Origin: an uncultured delta proteobacterium
Lineage (GTDB): Bacteria; Desulfobacterota; Binatia; DP-6
NCBI GenBank assembly: GCA_963815115.1
Contig: CAWFFN010000003.1
Span: forward strand, 1 to 11,848
DNA length: 11,848 nt
Direction: 5' to 3'
Shown: piece after piece, positions 8,260 to 11,848 of the stretch
Layout: each line of letters begins with the position of its first letter
How positions within the stretch are numbered: position 1 is the first letter of the stretch
Made by a program: the position numbers and the translations under genes
The notes under the pieces: generated by a model
Told to the model about the DNA's origin: nothing
Databases searched by the model: none
What the model saw: the letters and a program-made list of their open reading frames with translations, nothing else

Positions 8260-8710
8260 GAACATCACCGGGGGCTGAGGATGGCGCTTGTCCGGTCCCG
8301 GCCCTGCCGGTCCCCGCCCGGCGCAACCGTGCCCCACGGACTGCGCTGTCCTACAGCGCGGCCCCGAAGCGGCCGGAGGCGGTCGAGGCGGTGCAGGTCT
8401 TGCCGAGGCGCCCCGTCACGTGCTGCCGCAGGTCGCTTGCGCGGGGAAGATAGAGCTTTCAAGGGCCGATTCGGCCCTCGCGCCTTCTACCAGCCCCCGT
8501 CGCTCTGTAACGACGTGTGGGGTGTCCCGTGTTCCTCGGAGCGCTCCGCCGAGACGACACCCAAGGGACGCCCTAGTGTCGCGTCGAGGACAAGTCCCGC
8601 TACGAAATGGGCTACAAAACGGTTCATCGCCGCGCGCTAGCTTGCGGGTGCCTCCGCCGCACACCCGGGAGGGGTCTCGCGATCGCCGGGCCGAGTGTCC
8701 GTGGCCTGGG

Positions 8711-8757
8711 CGGTGATGTTCCCTTCCGTGTCACATGCATGTTCCCTGCGCTGTCAC
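8711..8757 (+). promoter_or_regulatory. Right pair of ATGTTCCC-N6-GTCAC boxes (23-bp period), upstream of the haloperoxidase gene
   Basis: Boxes at 8716-8734 and 8739-8757, ending 24 nt before ATG 8782. Confidence 0.7.
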
Positions 8758-8781
8758 GGTTCCATGGCGAAGGGAGAAACC

Positions 8782-10119
8782 ATGAACTCAGTGCACGCAC
8801 GTTTTTCCGCAGTGCTCGTAGGCGTCGTCGGGCTCGCGGCCGTCGTCGTGACGACGAGCCGCGATGCCGGGGCGGTGCTGCCGCCCGGCAACACGGTGCA
8901 GCAGTGGAACAAGATCGCAGAGGACACGGTCGTTGGCTCGGGCGCGTTCCAGGTCGAAGGCCTGATCTACATGGCCTACGTGTCCGCTGCCGTGTATGAC
9001 GCGGTGACCTCGATCGAGGGTGGCTACGAACCGTACGCGACCGATATCCCGGCGCCGCCTGGGGCATCGACGAACGCGGCGGTGGTCGAGGCCGCCTACC
9101 GAACGCTTCTCAACTACTTCCCCGCGCAGGGAGCGACGCTCGATGCGTTCTATGCGGAAGCCCTGGCGCTCATCGCCGACGGCCAGGCGAAGGATGATGG
9201 CAAGGCGGTCGGGCTCGCGGCTAAGGACGGCATCATCGCTCTCCGTACGGGCGACGGGCGCCTGACGCCGATCGGCACGACATCGTCGTTCCCGACGCTG
9301 CCGCCGGGCCCGGGCGTCTGGCGGTTGACACCCCCTGGGTTCCTCGTGCCGCAGGTACCCTGGGCGGGATCGGTCACGCCCTTCGTGCTCGAGCGAGGAG
9401 ACCAGTTCCTGCCCGGTCCTCCGCCCTCGCTCGGGAGCAAGCGGTGGGTGAGGGACTTCAACGAGATCAAGACCTACGGTGCGGCGAGCGGTAGCGCTCG
9501 GACCGACGAGCAAACTGCGGCCGCGCGGTTCTGGACGGCGAACGTCATCAGGCAGTACAGCCGCCTGCTCCGTGACGTCGCCGATGCCCACGCACTTGAT
9601 CTGCTCCAGACGGCGCGGCTCGCGGCGATGGTCGAGCTCGTCGGCGCCGATGCGGGAATCTCGGTGATCAACGCCAAGTACCACTACCTCTTCTGGCGGC
9701 CGGTGACGGCGATCAACCAGACCGCGGTCACGGCCGATGGCTTCGGGCCGGTGCCCGGGTTCGACGACGGGAATCCGGCGACGATCGAAGACACCACGTG
9801 GCAGCCGCTCCTCACGACGCCGAACCATCCCGAGTACCCCAGCGCCCACGGCGTGTTGACCTCGGCGATGGCGGAGGTGTTCCGCAAGTTCCTGGGGACG
9901 AGCAAGGTCGATCTCGACATCCACGGCTTCGACGCGGCGGGGTCGCCAGGGAACCTGGACGCCGTGCGCCACTTCCACAAGATAGGCACGCTCCCCAGGG
10001 AGATCATCGAGGTGAGGATCTGGGGAGGCCTCCACTATCGCAACTCGGATGAAGTGGGCGTCGCGGTCGGCCAGAAGGTTGCCCGCTACGACTTGGGGCA
10101 TGCTTTCAAGGCGCGTTGA
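8782..10119 (+). CDS. Secreted vanadium-dependent haloperoxidase / PAP2-superfamily protein (445 aa)
   Basis: AGGGAG SD, then an N-terminal signal peptide (..VLVGVVGLAAVVVTTSRDAGA). Vanadate/phosphate-site motifs are KYHYLFWRP (K-x6-RP), HPEYPSAHG (PSGH-like) and RIWGGLHYRNSD (R-x5-H-x3-D-like). The VQQWN..MAYVSAAVYDAV N-terminal region and RTDEQT..ARFW are typical of bacterial VHPOs. Confidence 0.9.
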   Translation: MNSVHARFSAVLVGVVGLAAVVVTTSRDAGAVLPPGNTVQQWNKIAEDTVVGSGAFQVEGLIYMAYVSAAVYDAVTSIEGGYEPYATDIPAPPGASTNAAVVEAAYRTLLNYFPAQGATLDAFYAEALALIADGQAKDDGKAVGLAAKDGIIALRTGDGRLTPIGTTSSFPTLPPGPGVWRLTPPGFLVPQVPWAGSVTPFVLERGDQFLPGPPPSLGSKRWVRDFNEIKTYGAASGSARTDEQTAAARFWTANVIRQYSRLLRDVADAHALDLLQTARLAAMVELVGADAGISVINAKYHYLFWRPVTAINQTAVTADGFGPVPGFDDGNPATIEDTTWQPLLTTPNHPEYPSAHGVLTSAMAEVFRKFLGTSKVDLDIHGFDAAGSPGNLDAVRHFHKIGTLPREIIEVRIWGGLHYRNSDEVGVAVGQKVARYDLGHAFKAR

Positions 10120-10141
10120 ACAGACGCCGTCGAGATGAAGG

Positions 10142-10196
10142 GAGCCGGGCCCGCGGTGGGGCCCGGCTCGCCCTCCGCTGACAGGCCACGTCAGCG
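10142..10196 (+). terminator. Two tandem GC-rich hairpins after the haloperoxidase stop (no U-tract)
   Basis: GAGCCGGGCCC-GCGGTG-GGGCCCGGCTC (11-bp stem, 10142-10169) and CGCTGAC-N7-GTCAGCG (10176-10196). Confidence 0.55.
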
Positions 10197-10263
10197 ATTC
10201 GCATGCCAAATAGAGGCCGTCGGCCGGCTGTTACGGGAGATCCCCCCAAAAGGAAGGTGCCAC

Positions 10264-11848
10264 ATGAATCGGACGCTTTGCAGCCGCCATCCTGCTTCGC
10301 TCAGAATATCCGCCCGCCGGATTTCGGCGGCCATGGTGCCCGGCTCTCTCCGCCGCCTCGCCTGGCTCGTTCCCCTCTGCGCCCTGATCGGCTCCGCTGG
10401 AGCGGCGGGCGCAGGAACCCCCGCGCAGACGTGTGCCGCCGCGAAGCTGAAGGCGGCGGGCACGGAAATCGGGGGCAAGATGGGCTGCTACGGGAAGGCG
10501 AAGCAGGCGGGCCTTGCCGTCGATGGGGGCTGTCTCTCGAGGCAACGGATGAAGGCGGACAGGCGGATCAACTCGCTTGACGGCGCCTGCTCCGGCACGG
10601 CGGCGGCCATCGACGCGGCCGTCGATAATTGCGTGGCCGCGTTCCTCAGCGACGACCCCGGCAACGGGGTGTGCCCGGCGGCGAGCGCGCAGAAGATCGG
10701 CAAGGGCGGGAAGGCGGAACTCGCGTGTCAGGCGAAGGAAGTCTTGAGGCCGGGCATGTTCGCGGCGTGTGATGAGAAAGCCGACGGCAAGACGGGCGCG
10801 GGCCTAGAGAACGCGGGCGGCTGCGTGAATCCGACGGCCGTCCTCACGGACATCGACAACTGCAACACCGCCATTGACGCCATCATCGAGCAGACGACGA
10901 CCACCACCACCGAGCAGACGACCACCAGCGAGCAGACGACCACCACCGAGCAGACGACCACCACCACCATCCCGTCCCCCTGCACTAGTAGTTCCGGTGG
11001 TAGTCCCTGCGATGCTTCTTGCCCTGGCTCTGTTTGCGCCCCGGAGTCGCCGCCTCCCACGGGGCATGGGCATCGCTGTCCATCGCCCCCCCAGCACCTT
11101 AGCCCCGGGGATGCCTCGTAGATGCAGGCATCTGCGATTATGTTGAGTGCCACTCGGACGGTGACTGTGGCTCGGGCAAGGTCTGCTTGAGAACCCTTAA
11201 CTCCGTCCCTATGGCACCTGCAATGGTCCATTTACAACGTGCTGCTCCTCATGCGCATCCTATTCTTGCTTGATTTCCCAGGCGCCCGCGTGCGGCGGCA
11301 CGTGCCCGAGCGGACAGGTCTGCGGTGCGGTCGGGAACATCTGCGAGTGCACGTGCGGATCGTGCCCGTTCGTCGCCAAGTGGGGCACTGCGGGCAGCGG
11401 GGACGGGCAGTTCAACCAACCGGTGGGGGTCGCCGTGGATGGGAGCGGGAACGTCTTCGTCGCCGACAACTCCAACCACCGCATCCAGAAGTTCGACAAC
11501 ACCGGGACGTTCGTGACGACGTGGGGGAGCAGGGGCAGCGGGGCCGGGCAGTTCATTTACCCGGGGGGGGTCGCCGTGGATGGGAGCGGGAACGTCTTCG
11601 TCGGTGACGCCAACAGCCGCATCCAGAAGTTCACGAACACCGGCACGTTCGTGACCACGTGGGGCAGCATGGGAAGCGGGGACGGGCAGTTTACCCCGAG
11701 TGGGGTTGCCGTGGATGGGAGCGGGAACGTCTTCGTCGCTGACGTCGCCAACAACCGCATTCAGGAGTTCACGAACACCGGCACGTTCGTGACCAAGTGG
11801 GGCAGAATGGGCAGCGGGGACGGGCAGTTCAATGAGCCCCGTGGCCTC
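10264..11848 (+). CDS. Large secreted protein: duplicated Cys/helical domain, EQTTTT linker, Cys-rich region and NHL-repeat beta-propeller; truncated at the window end; frameshifts near 11107-11110 and 11207-11209
   Basis: AAGGAAGG before ATG 10264, then signal-like LRRLAWLVPLCALIGSAGAAGA. Adding one base in each of two homopolymer runs gives a continuous frame: ..SPGGCLVDAGICDYVECHSDGDCGSGKVC..YGTCNGPFTTCCSSC..PACGGTCPSGQVC..KWGTAGSGDGQFNQPVGVAVDGSGNVFVADNSNHRIQKFD (NHL consensus), open to the window end. Confidence 0.8.
10888..10968 (+). repeat. Coding tandem repeat GAGCAGACG(ACC)n x4, encoding an EQTTTT linker
   Basis: EQTTTTTT-EQTTTS-EQTTTT-EQTTTTT. Confidence 0.9.
11369..11848 (+). repeat. 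NHL repeat array (at least 3.5 units of 135-141 nt)
   Basis: The identical 31-mer GCCGTGGATGGGAGCGGGAACGTCTTCGTCG occurs at 11432, 11573 and 11708. Confidence 0.92.

Noticed and set aside
8041-8716. ORFs within the divergent spacer (8041-8640, 8288-8716, 8416-8664)
   Set aside because: Low-complexity Arg/Pro translations with no recognisable domain or codon bias.
8788-10209. Long antisense ORFs (8788-10209, also 4331-5878 and 3125-3949)
   Set aside because: They are shadows of high-GC genes on the opposite strand, with Arg/Gly-rich composition and no motifs.
11432-11738. Regularly spaced identical 31-mers resembling a CRISPR array
   Set aside because: The intervening sequences are over 100 nt, similar to each other and in frame as NHL blades. 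No cas genes are present.

Overview
High-GC (~70%) bacterial accessory region. The protein styles suggest a Binatota/Myxococcota-like soil bacterium, which is an inference. In order: a FitA/VapB-like RHH antitoxin plus PIN (VapC) toxin operon (-); an SDR oxidoreductase (+); a secreted protein with a Myxococcus-type Cys-rich repeat (+); a coupled operon of a small membrane peptide, a GT-C (ArnT/PMT-like) glycosyltransferase and a Wzx-like flippase (-); an MntA/HepT type VII toxin-antitoxin pair (+); a secreted Thr-linker/Cys-rich protein (-) divergent from a secreted vanadium-dependent haloperoxidase-family gene (+); and a large secreted Cys-rich/Thr-linker/NHL-repeat protein that runs off the right end. 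Many genes, mostly in the first 3 kb, carry single-base frameshifts that look like long-read errors. Three observations stand out. (i) Four perfect ATGTTCCC-N6-GTCAC boxes form two inverted 23-bp-period pairs, one in front of each divergent secreted-protein gene. (ii) The secreted proteins share shuffled modules: an unnamed ~150-170 aa beta-rich domain and a CGGTCP-type Cys module. (iii) The Cys-rich segments after the poly-Thr linkers switch abruptly to low-GC, atypical codon usage.
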